From Sulfurospirillum sp. (GTDB lineage Bacteria; Campylobacterota; Campylobacteria; Campylobacterales; Sulfurospirillaceae): a stretch of DNA of 30,301 nt. The stretch is taken from positions 1-30,301 of the forward strand of contig JASFYR010000030.1 of NCBI GenBank assembly GCA_045047115.1. The letters run 5' to 3'. Position 1 is the stretch's first letter. Each line of letters begins with the position of its first letter. The notes below the pieces were generated by a model. It was not told the DNA's origin. It ran no database searches and saw only the letters and a program-made list of their open reading frames with translations. Positions 1 to 7,627 of the stretch are shown here, one piece after another. A program made the position numbers and the translations under genes.

Positions 1-88
1 TGATTACGGTTTTTGAGCAAAGCCCAAAAAGCCTACGCTAACGCTGAGTTCTCTTCGGCAGAGTGCCCGGCGCGACGAGGTCGCTTTT
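1..88 (-). repeat. GC-rich palindromic intergenic element (REP-like or structured RNA; may extend past the window edge)
   Basis: GC-rich island directly after the stop of 89..565. Hairpins GCGAC-gag-GTCGC (72-84) and TTTTTGAGC-aaa-GCCCAAAAA (10-30); the latter pairs fully, with one G:U, only on the - strand. Confidence 0.55.
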
Positions 89-565
89 TTATTTTGATTT
101 ATAATTTTCTACTGCTTTGTTCCACATAAGCTTGTATTTTCTTCTTGTAAATTCCAACTCTTCTTGAGTATGCTTCAACTGCTTTGTGAGAGTCTCTACG
201 ATTTTTCTATCTTCATCGTACAACTCCTGCATAGAAAAAAGTGCTTCTTTTAAAAACCTGTTTTCACTTTTAAGCGCATCAAGTGTTTCGTCTTTTGCAT
301 CTAGAACTTTCTCGTGCAGATTTAAAATCGTTCCTATTGTTTTTTCTATAAAGTCAGCACCAGCTAATTGAGTTGCTCCTGCATTTGAAACAACTTCACT
401 TTTACCTGAAGGCATTATAGAGTATGTTGCTCTGTTGGCTTCTATATATCTTTTACCATTTTCCTCTTTAACACTCAATTTCCCCTTATTTATCATCTCT
501 TCAATCGTGCTGATATCCAAGTGAATAAGTTTGCTAAATTCATCAATCTCCAGCCAGGTTTGCAC
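89..565 (-). CDS. DUF3972-type protein (N-terminal HTH-like region, C-terminal coiled coil; Cj0703-like)
   Basis: GTG start with an AAGGA SD at 572-576. FIEKTIGTILNLHEKVLDAKDETL...YKLMWNKA matches the Campylobacterota protein encoded downstream of purE. Confidence 0.8.
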   Translation of the reverse strand: MQTWLEIDEFSKLIHLDISTIEEMINKGKLSVKEENGKRYIEANRATYSIMPSGKSEVVSNAGATQLAGADFIEKTIGTILNLHEKVLDAKDETLDALKSENRFLKEALFSMQELYDEDRKIVETLTKQLKHTQEELEFTRRKYKLMWNKAVENYKSK

Positions 566-574
566 GATAAATCC

Positions 575-1069
575 TTATATTAGGGACTCTACAGAAATAG
601 AATCCGTCTCAACTTTCTTCGCCTTTAAAACTCTGTCTTCTTGCAATTTTACATTTAATTCTCTATCCTCAAGAGCTAAAATTTGCATGGCAAGATAAGC
701 ACTGTTTATCGCTCCGGCCTTTCCGATAGCCACAGTTGCTACAGGCATACCGCCTGGCATCTGCACTGTTGAAAGAAGCGCATCCATACCATTTAGGGCT
801 GAAGCTGACATCGGCACTCCTATGACAGGTTTTGTGGTTAAAGATGCCACAACACCAGCTAAATGAGCCGCCATACCGGCAGCCGCTATAAAGACTTGGG
901 CCCCTTTTTTCTCAGCTTCAATTACATATTTATGAGTTCTCTCAGGGCTTCTATGTGCTGATGACACAATAACCTCATACATAACACTGAACTTTTCCAA
1001 TATCTTAGCACACTCTTCCATCACAGGATAGTCACTTTTGCTACCTATGATTATCGATACAAATTTCAT
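575..1069 (-). CDS. purE: N5-carboxyaminoimidazole ribonucleotide mutase
   Basis: Motifs [38 protein letters not shown]. Start moved to the ATG at 1069 (AGGA SD at 1077-1080), giving 164 aa. Confidence 0.97.
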   Translation of the reverse strand: MKFVSIIIGSKSDYPVMEECAKILEKFSVMYEVIVSSAHRSPERTHKYVIEAEKKGAQVFIAAAGMAAHLAGVVASLTTKPVIGVPMSASALNGMDALLSTVQMPGGMPVATVAIGKAGAINSAYLAMQILALEDRELNVKLQEDRVLKAKKVETDSISVESLI

Positions 1070-1078
1070 ATTTTTTTC

Positions 1079-1201
1079 CTGTTTAATTGTCATCTTGCTT
1101 AGGAACAAAGTCCCTAGGCAATTCACGCGCTACTAAAGCTAGACCATTCGGCCAGAAAGCTGTTTAATTGTCATCTTGCTTAGGAACAAAGTCCCTAGGC
1201 A
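1079..1201. repeat. Two identical 42-bp direct repeats (1079-1120, 1160-1201) with a 39-bp spacer, each containing an imperfect palindrome
   Basis: CTGTTTAATTGTCATCTTGCTTAGGAACAAAGTCCCTAGGCA occurs twice exactly. Internal hairpin TGCTTAGGAAC-aaa-GTCCCTAGGCA. Confidence 0.95.
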
Positions 1202-1203
1202 CC

Positions 1204-2460
1204 TTAAAGCCTCTTTCTTAAAAATGTAAAAGCCGGCAGACTCATTGGCAACATTATAGCATTTGTGTTTCCACTATGAATCGAGTCATAAATCTTGCCT
1301 TTTTCACTTTGAAGCTTTTTAAATTCTATATACCATCTTTCATTCTCATTGAAAACTCTACCAAATTCATTTTCTGCATTACGCATATCAGTCCTGGGCA
1401 ATACTAATTCATAGACAACATCTGCCTCCAACTTATCCTTGGAAAGACATCCTTTTCCATCCTCGTTTACCATCGCACACACCTGGTGTGTTCCTTCGCT
1501 TATAGAGTCTTCTAAATTCTGTGTATCATTTTTTTCAAATGGTCTCTTTACGAGATAGCCATCATTAAATCCTCTATTTTTAGTACTGTTTAGCTCAACC
1601 TCATACGAGGAAGCATCAAAACTCTCTTTATAATAATCATCTATAGCTTTCCTGTATGTCTTGGTAGTTATTCCGACATAGTATGTACTTTTTGTTCTGC
1701 CTTCTATCTTCAAAGAGTCGATTATACCACTGTCTAAGATACTGTCTATATGAGCACTTAGATTTAAATCTTTTGCATTCATTATATGAGTACCCTCTTC
1801 ACTCTGTTCCACCTTAAAAAGTGTTCCGCTCTCTTCATTTTTAGCATACATTGTATATGGAAATCTACAGTCATTTGCACAACTTCCACGATTTGAAACC
1901 CTTCCGCTTTGCAAAGAGCTGATGAGGCATCTCCCACTGTATGCGAAGCACATGGAGCCATGCACAAAAACTTCAAGCTCAAGATCAGGCAGATGCTCTT
2001 TTATTTTTTTGAGATCCTTAAGACTCACCTCTCTGGCAGCTATGATTCTTTTCACACCCAAATCCCAATAAACCTCAGCATCAAGATAACTCAAAACATT
2101 TGCCTGTGTAGAGAGGTGAATCGGCACACTTGGCGCAATCTCTTTGACCAGTTTTATGACTCCTGGAGCCGCTACGATAAAAGCATCAGGATTCATAAGC
2201 GCGACTTTTTGTATATGTTTTCTCAATAACTCAATTTGGGAATTAAAGGGAAAGCCATTTATGGTTACATATAGTTTTTTACCCTTAGAGTGGGTATATT
2301 TAATAGCCTCTTCAAAGCTCTCATAAGTAAACTCTTTTCCACTTCTAAGTCTCAAAGAAAAATGGCTGACACCTGCATATACAGCATCCGCTCCATAAGA
2401 GAGCGCAATTTTCAGTTTTTCAAAATTTCCCGCTGGCGAGAGTAGCTCTACTCTGTCCAT
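1204..2460 (-). CDS. trhP: Peptidase U32 family Fe-S protein, probable tRNA wobble-uridine hydroxylase (TrhP/YegQ-like)
   Basis: ELLSPAG, GADAVY, IHLSTQAN, EVFVHGSMCFAYSGRC...RGSCANDCR (4 Cys), SLKIEGRTK. Confidence 0.8.
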   Translation of the reverse strand: MDRVELLSPAGNFEKLKIALSYGADAVYAGVSHFSLRLRSGKEFTYESFEEAIKYTHSKGKKLYVTINGFPFNSQIELLRKHIQKVALMNPDAFIVAAPGVIKLVKEIAPSVPIHLSTQANVLSYLDAEVYWDLGVKRIIAAREVSLKDLKKIKEHLPDLELEVFVHGSMCFAYSGRCLISSLQSGRVSNRGSCANDCRFPYTMYAKNEESGTLFKVEQSEEGTHIMNAKDLNLSAHIDSILDSGIIDSLKIEGRTKSTYYVGITTKTYRKAIDDYYKESFDASSYEVELNSTKNRGFNDGYLVKRPFEKNDTQNLEDSISEGTHQVCAMVNEDGKGCLSKDKLEADVVYELVLPRTDMRNAENEFGRVFNENERWYIEFKKLQSEKGKIYDSIHSGNTNAIMLPMSLPAFTFLRKRL

Positions 2461-3222
2461 CTACTTTTTTTTACCCAGGCTTTCTATAATCGCTTCTATA
2501 TCATCAGTTGTTACTAAATCTTCAGTATTTTCATCACCATAGATATGGACGGCAGAACCCACTCTTTTGTCATCATCTATGCTTCCTTCAAAAAGGAGAC
2601 TTATATATTTCGAGAGTGCTCTCATGACATTTATAACTCTCTCGATTTTTTGCCTGTGGATATCTTGATACTGCATGATATCCATAGCCATCATAGCTTC
2701 ATCTTCTCCCGTCTGGGCATTTGATTTCATAGTATCAAGTTTCTTTTTGATCTCTTTATTATCATCGAGAGCAGTTTTAAATTGAGCAATATTTGGAAAT
2801 TTTTCCGTCAATTTTTCAAAAAGAGTTATATTTCCGTCAATTTTTGACACTATTTCATCTATGTCAGTCTCCATATCCATCAAAACATTATTGACTGCAT
2901 CCAATTTATCAAAAATCTGCGTTGCTTTCACTTCAGAATCTTTTGTTACATCATCTAGCTGAGTAACCATTTTATGATCTTCCGTTGGCGGTGGTGGAGG
3001 CCAAGCCATATTTGCATCTGCTCTGTACTCATGAGCATCTTTTTGATTCTCTTCTATATCTTCTCCATTTTCCACATCTTCTTTGATGGCCTTTCCCAAC
3101 TCTTTATCATCCTTCTCTTCTCTCTCGAGAGTCTTTTTATCCTCTTGTGTTGCCGACTCTACTCCAGTATCCAAATCATCTAACCCGCCAGCCATCAATG
3201 CATCAAGCTCTTCTTGTGTCAT
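2461..3222 (-). CDS. cheZ: Campylobacterota-type chemotaxis phosphatase CheZ (HP0170/Cj0700-like)
   Basis: Starts MTQEELDALM at ATG 3222 with a GAGGAG SD. WPPPPPT, catalytic MQYQDIHRQKIERV (D-x3-Q), C-terminal DDIEAIIESLG CheY-binding peptide. Confidence 0.85.
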   Translation of the reverse strand: MTQEELDALMAGGLDDLDTGVESATQEDKKTLEREEKDDKELGKAIKEDVENGEDIEENQKDAHEYRADANMAWPPPPPTEDHKMVTQLDDVTKDSEVKATQIFDKLDAVNNVLMDMETDIDEIVSKIDGNITLFEKLTEKFPNIAQFKTALDDNKEIKKKLDTMKSNAQTGEDEAMMAMDIMQYQDIHRQKIERVINVMRALSKYISLLFEGSIDDDKRVGSAVHIYGDENTEDLVTTDDIEAIIESLGKKK

Positions 3223-3253
3223 AAATTTCTCCTCTAAAATGAGTTTTATCAAT

Positions 3254-3277
3254 ATTATATAGAACTTTTCATATAAT
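3254..3277. promoter_or_regulatory. Divergent sigma70 -10 boxes for cheZ (-) and the PHP gene (+)
   Basis: TATAAT on the - strand at 3254-3259 and on the + strand at 3272-3277, in a 77-bp divergent gap. Confidence 0.5.
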
Positions 3278-3299
3278 TTTACTTTAAAAGGAAAAATAA

Positions 3300-4079
3300 A
3301 TGATAGTTGACCTACATAATCACACTTCTTTATGCAACCATGCAAAAGGCAGTATGGAAGATTTTGTTCAAAAAGCAATAAAAAAGAATATTGATATTTT
3401 TGGTTTCAGTGACCACGCACCGATGAATTTTGATAAAAAATACCGTATGAATTTCGAGCAAATGAAGGGCTATGAAAAAGAAGCTCTGCATGTAAAGCAC
3501 AAATACAAAGATGAGATAGAAGTTCTTTTAGGGTATGAAGTAGATTTTTTAGAGGGCTATATTGATAAAAGAGTTTTAAATGCAGATGTTGATTATCTTA
3601 TAGGCTCAATTCACTTTTTGGATAAATGGGGTTTTGATAATCCGGAATTTATAGCCCAATACCAAAGAAAAGATATAGACAAGATATGGGAAGAGTATTT
3701 TGATGCTGTTAAAAAGATGGCGCAGAGCAATCTTTTTGAAATAGTGGGACATATAGACTTGATAAAAGTCTTCAAATATCTGCCTAAAAAAGATATTAGA
3801 CTCATAGCAAAAGAGGCGATTAAAGAGATAAAAAAAGCGGCTATGGTTGTTGAATTAAATAGTGCGGGGTATAGAAAACCTATCAAAGAGCCTTATCCAT
3901 CATCAGATATAATGGAACTTTTGGTAGAGTTTGACATTCCAATAACATTTTGCTCAGATGCTCACAAACCAGAAGAGGTAGGATACAAAATTGAAGAAAA
4001 TATAAAATATGCAAAGTCCTATGGGTATAATAAATGTGCAGTTTTTAGGAGCAAAGAACTAGAGATGGTTAATTTTTAA
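3300..4079 (+). CDS. hisJ: PHP-family histidinol-phosphate phosphatase (HisJ/HisK type)
   Basis: DLHNHT...CNHA, FSDHAP, GYEVDF, IGSIHF, GHIDLIK, SDAH metal-binding motifs. Confidence 0.85.
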   Translation: MIVDLHNHTSLCNHAKGSMEDFVQKAIKKNIDIFGFSDHAPMNFDKKYRMNFEQMKGYEKEALHVKHKYKDEIEVLLGYEVDFLEGYIDKRVLNADVDYLIGSIHFLDKWGFDNPEFIAQYQRKDIDKIWEEYFDAVKKMAQSNLFEIVGHIDLIKVFKYLPKKDIRLIAKEAIKEIKKAAMVVELNSAGYRKPIKEPYPSSDIMELLVEFDIPITFCSDAHKPEEVGYKIEENIKYAKSYGYNKCAVFRSKELEMVNF

Positions 4080-4149
4080 CCACACAATAAAGCCATTATA
4101 TAGATAATTTAGATAAAATATATCAAAATAAAATTTACAAGGAGTGCAC

Positions 4150-5580
4150 ATGGGCAAATTTGTCAATAGTGTGGAAGAGTTTTTTGAGTACTGCAAAGAG
4201 AATGAAGTAGAGTTTGTTGATTTTCGTTTTACGGACATAAAAGGTGCTTGGCATCATTTATCATATACAATGCATGCCATTGATGCCGATTCTTTTAAAG
4301 ATGGTATTCCGTTTGATGGCTCAAGCGTTGATGCATGGCAGCCAATCAACAAATCAGACATGATTCTTATGCCAGAAGCCGAATCTGCTTTTTTAGATCC
4401 TTTTACAGCAGATCCAACCATCATAGTCTTCTGTGATGTTTATGATATATACAAAGGCGAACTATATGAAAAATGTCCTAGAAGTATAGCCAAAAAAGCA
4501 CTAAAGTATCTCGGCAAAACAGGGGTAGGAGATGTAGCCTATTTTGGACCCGAAAATGAATTTTTCATCTTTGATGATGTAAAAATAAAAGATGAGATAA
4601 ATTGCGCCTATTATGAAGTTGATTCTGAAGAGGGTGAATGGAGTGACAGCAAATCATATGCTGATGGTTTCAACACTGGTCACAGACCAAGAACAAAAGG
4701 TGGATATTTTCCATGTCAGCCAACCGACTCTATGGTTGATTTAAGGGCAGAAATGGTTCAGGTTCTTGAGCAGGTTGGACTAGAAACTTTTGTTGTTCAT
4801 CACGAAGTTGCTCAGGCCCAAGGTGAAATAGGTGTAAAATTTGGTACTCTTGTAGAAGCAGCTGATAATGTGCAAATCTATAAGTATGTTGTAAAGATGG
4901 TAGCCCACCTAAATGGTAAAACTGCCACTTTTATGCCAAAACCTCTTTATGGTGACAATGGAAACGGCATGCATGTGCACCAATCAATCTGGAAAGATGG
5001 AAAAAATACATTCTTCGAAAAAGGTGCATATGCAAATCTAAGCGATACAGCCAGATACTATATAGGAGGTGTTCTAAAACATGCTCAAAGCCTGGCAGCC
5101 TTTACAAATGCAAGCACTAACTCATATAAAAGATTGATTCCGGGATTCGAAGCTCCTTCAATTCTCACTTATTCTTCACAAAACAGAAGTGCAAGTTGTC
5201 GCATCCCTTACGGTTCAAATGAAAAATCGGTTCGTGCAGAGATGAGATTTCCAGACTCTACTGCTTGTCCCTACCTTGCTTTCACTGCACTTTTGCTAGC
5301 AGGACTTGATGGCATAGCAAACAAAACCGAGCCTATTGGTCCGATGGATGAAGATCTGTTTGAATTAAGCCTTGATGAAATTAGAGAAAAAGGAATCGCT
5401 CAAATGCCTCATACTCTAAGAGAAGCGCTAGAGGCTCTTTTGAAAGATCAAGATTATCTTAAAGCTGTCATGAGTGATGAGTTTATCAGCACCTACAAGC
5501 ACTATAAATTTGAGACACAGGTCTGGCCGGATGAGGGCAGACCAACAGCATTTGAGTTTAAGTCAACTTACTCTTGTTAA
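4150..5580 (+). CDS. glnA: Glutamine synthetase type I
   Basis: [69 protein letters not shown] at 4139-4144 favours the ATG at 4150 (476 aa). Confidence 0.98.
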   Translation: MGKFVNSVEEFFEYCKENEVEFVDFRFTDIKGAWHHLSYTMHAIDADSFKDGIPFDGSSVDAWQPINKSDMILMPEAESAFLDPFTADPTIIVFCDVYDIYKGELYEKCPRSIAKKALKYLGKTGVGDVAYFGPENEFFIFDDVKIKDEINCAYYEVDSEEGEWSDSKSYADGFNTGHRPRTKGGYFPCQPTDSMVDLRAEMVQVLEQVGLETFVVHHEVAQAQGEIGVKFGTLVEAADNVQIYKYVVKMVAHLNGKTATFMPKPLYGDNGNGMHVHQSIWKDGKNTFFEKGAYANLSDTARYYIGGVLKHAQSLAAFTNASTNSYKRLIPGFEAPSILTYSSQNRSASCRIPYGSNEKSVRAEMRFPDSTACPYLAFTALLLAGLDGIANKTEPIGPMDEDLFELSLDEIREKGIAQMPHTLREALEALLKDQDYLKAVMSDEFISTYKHYKFETQVWPDEGRPTAFEFKSTYSC

Positions 5581-5583
5581 GCA

Positions 5584-5615
5584 TATAAAGTAGAGGATTT
5601 CTCCTCTACTTTATA
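5584..5615 (+). terminator. Intrinsic terminator after glnA
   Basis: Perfect 14-bp stem TATAAAGTAGAGGA-tttc-TCCTCTACTTTATA beginning 3 nt after the stop codon. Confidence 0.85.
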
Positions 5616-5951
5616 ACTATACTAAGTAAATTCTACAAAATTGACGATAAAACTATCATTTTTATCATTAAAATCGACAGTTTACACTATATAAAATAAT
5701 AGAGTTAATTTATAAGTTTTATATCTTTTTTATATGATAAAATATCGTTACAAAATGACACACTTTAGAAAAAAATCTACTTTTTTCGCCCACAATATAG
5801 CATTTTACGGTAATTTTTCGATAATATTCATCTGAAGTTTACAAAGGGTACTTTTTAATAGCCTTATATATCCAAAACGAACTTTAAAATTCTCTACGGA
5901 TATAGTAAGTAATGTAAGCTACAAAAAGTAACCCCAATATGGAGATAAATT

Positions 5952-7607
5952 ATGGAAAGTAAAAACACTCTTTTAGTAGATGTTCTTATAGTCGGGGGTG
6001 GACCTTCAGGATTAAGCACAGCCATACACCTTGCAAACCTATTGAATAAAAATGGCGAAAAAAAGCGTATAATGCTCGTAGATAAAGCAAGCGAGATAGG
6101 CTCACATATACTCTCAGGAACACTTGTCAAAGAGCAAGTTTTAAAAGAGCTGCTAAGCAAAGAAGAGTTTGAAAATCTTCCCATAGAGTGTGAAGTTATA
6201 CGTGATGATACTCTCAAATTATCTCAAAAAAAGTACAAAATTCTACCTTTTCATCCTCCACATATGAACAATATAGGAAACAAAATAATTTCACTCTCAG
6301 AAGTCTGCAAATACTTAGCAGATGTTGCTACTAAAAAGGGCGTAGAGATATATCCTGGTTTTTCAATATCCGACCTACTCTATGAGAATGAAAAAATTAT
6401 TGGTGTAAAATGCATAGATACCGGTCTTAGTAAAGATGGTAAAAGAGAGAAAAATTTTCAAGAAGGCACAAAAGTTTTTGCAAAACTGACAATCTTGGCT
6501 GAGGGAAGCAGAGGAAGTTTGGCAAAAAAAGTAAAAAACAGATTTGCCCTCAGAGCAAACTCAAACCCTCAGCTCTACTCAATTGGCATCAAGGAGATAT
6601 GGGATATAAAAGAGGGGAGCATTAAAGAAGGTGAGGTATTTCACACTTTTGGCTATCCGCTAGAAGAAGATGAATTTGGCGGAGGTTTTATATATGGTCT
6701 TGGCAACAACAAAGTTGAGCTCGGTTTTGCTATTGGACTAGACTACAAAGACCCTACATTAGATCCTCATGCATTGATGCAAATCTGGAAACAGCATCCA
6801 TTTTTAAGAAAAATCTTAGAGGGGGGGAAACTTCTTGAGTACGGAGCGAAAACCATACCTGAGGGGGGATGGAACTGTATATCCAAACTCTATACAGACA
6901 ATCTCCTTATAGTAGGCGACAGTGCTGGTTTTGTAGCTATGCCGGCACTTAAGGGGGTACATCTCTCAGTCACATCCGGAATGTGTGCGGCGCAAACTGC
7001 TTACGAGGCACTAAAGGCTGATAACTTCAGCGAAGCTGTGCTCTCACACTACAAAAAGCACATAGACCAAAGCCGAATCAAAAAAGAACTCTATCCGGTT
7101 AGAAATTTTAGAGCGGTTATGAGTGAAGGTCTCTTTGTGGGCGGTTTTAAATTTGGCATACAACTCATCACAAATGGATTTTGCCTATTGACTCCACACC
7201 TCCAAAAAGATAGTCTTAGCACGAAAAAAACCAAAGATTTTAGAGGTAAATTTTTCAAAGAGAGATTTGGAGACAAACTTGAATTTGATAAAAAACTTAC
7301 TTTTGACAAAGATAGCAGTGTTTTTTATTCGGGAACTCATCATGATGAAGAACAGCCTTGCCATCTAGTTGTAAAAGATATAGATGAATTTTCAAGAATA
7401 AATATCAATGAGTATGGTATGCCATGCCAATATTTTTGTCCGGCAGCAGTTTATGAAGAGCATATCGACAAAGATGGCAAACGCTCTTTAAAGATACATC
7501 CTGAAAATTGTATCCACTGTAAAACCTGTGATATAAAGACACCAAATGACGCGATAACATGGAATCCACCTTATGGCGGTGACGGCCCACAATATCAAAA
7601 TATGTAA
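5952..7607 (+). CDS. Electron transfer flavoprotein:quinone oxidoreductase (ETF-QO; functional equivalent of FixC+FixX)
   Basis: GGAG SD at 5941-5944. FAD motif DVLIVGGGPSG, EIGSHILSG, AEGSRGSL, GIKEIW, YGAKTIPEGG, VGDSAG, KGVHL. C-terminal [4Fe-4S] motif CPAAVYE...NCIHCKTCDIK...W..PYGGDGPQY..M. Confidence 0.92.
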   Translation: MESKNTLLVDVLIVGGGPSGLSTAIHLANLLNKNGEKKRIMLVDKASEIGSHILSGTLVKEQVLKELLSKEEFENLPIECEVIRDDTLKLSQKKYKILPFHPPHMNNIGNKIISLSEVCKYLADVATKKGVEIYPGFSISDLLYENEKIIGVKCIDTGLSKDGKREKNFQEGTKVFAKLTILAEGSRGSLAKKVKNRFALRANSNPQLYSIGIKEIWDIKEGSIKEGEVFHTFGYPLEEDEFGGGFIYGLGNNKVELGFAIGLDYKDPTLDPHALMQIWKQHPFLRKILEGGKLLEYGAKTIPEGGWNCISKLYTDNLLIVGDSAGFVAMPALKGVHLSVTSGMCAAQTAYEALKADNFSEAVLSHYKKHIDQSRIKKELYPVRNFRAVMSEGLFVGGFKFGIQLITNGFCLLTPHLQKDSLSTKKTKDFRGKFFKERFGDKLEFDKKLTFDKDSSVFYSGTHHDEEQPCHLVVKDIDEFSRININEYGMPCQYFCPAAVYEEHIDKDGKRSLKIHPENCIHCKTCDIKTPNDAITWNPPYGGDGPQYQNM

Positions 7608-7627
7608 AACTTGGGGGAGTAATAAAA

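Noticed and set aside
1..88. Glycine riboswitch or T-box (CCGAAG...CTCAG upstream of a presumed glyQ)
   Set aside because: It lacks the GGAGAG and CUCUCAGG core and the aptamer length of a glycine riboswitch, and has no T-box motif. The downstream gene is outside the window.
1070..1126. 19-aa N-terminal extension of PurE in the ORF track
   Set aside because: It arises from an open frame through the repeat. The ATG at 1069 has an SD and gives the normal 164-aa length.
1079..1201. Bona fide CRISPR array
   Set aside because: Only two repeats, no cas genes or leader, and it sits inside a housekeeping operon overlapping the purE RBS. Kept as an unexplained repeat instead.
3223..3378. Extended cheZ start overlapping the PHP gene
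   Set aside because: It overlaps a real divergent gene. The ATG at 3222 has a GAGGAG SD and the conserved MTQEELDALM start.
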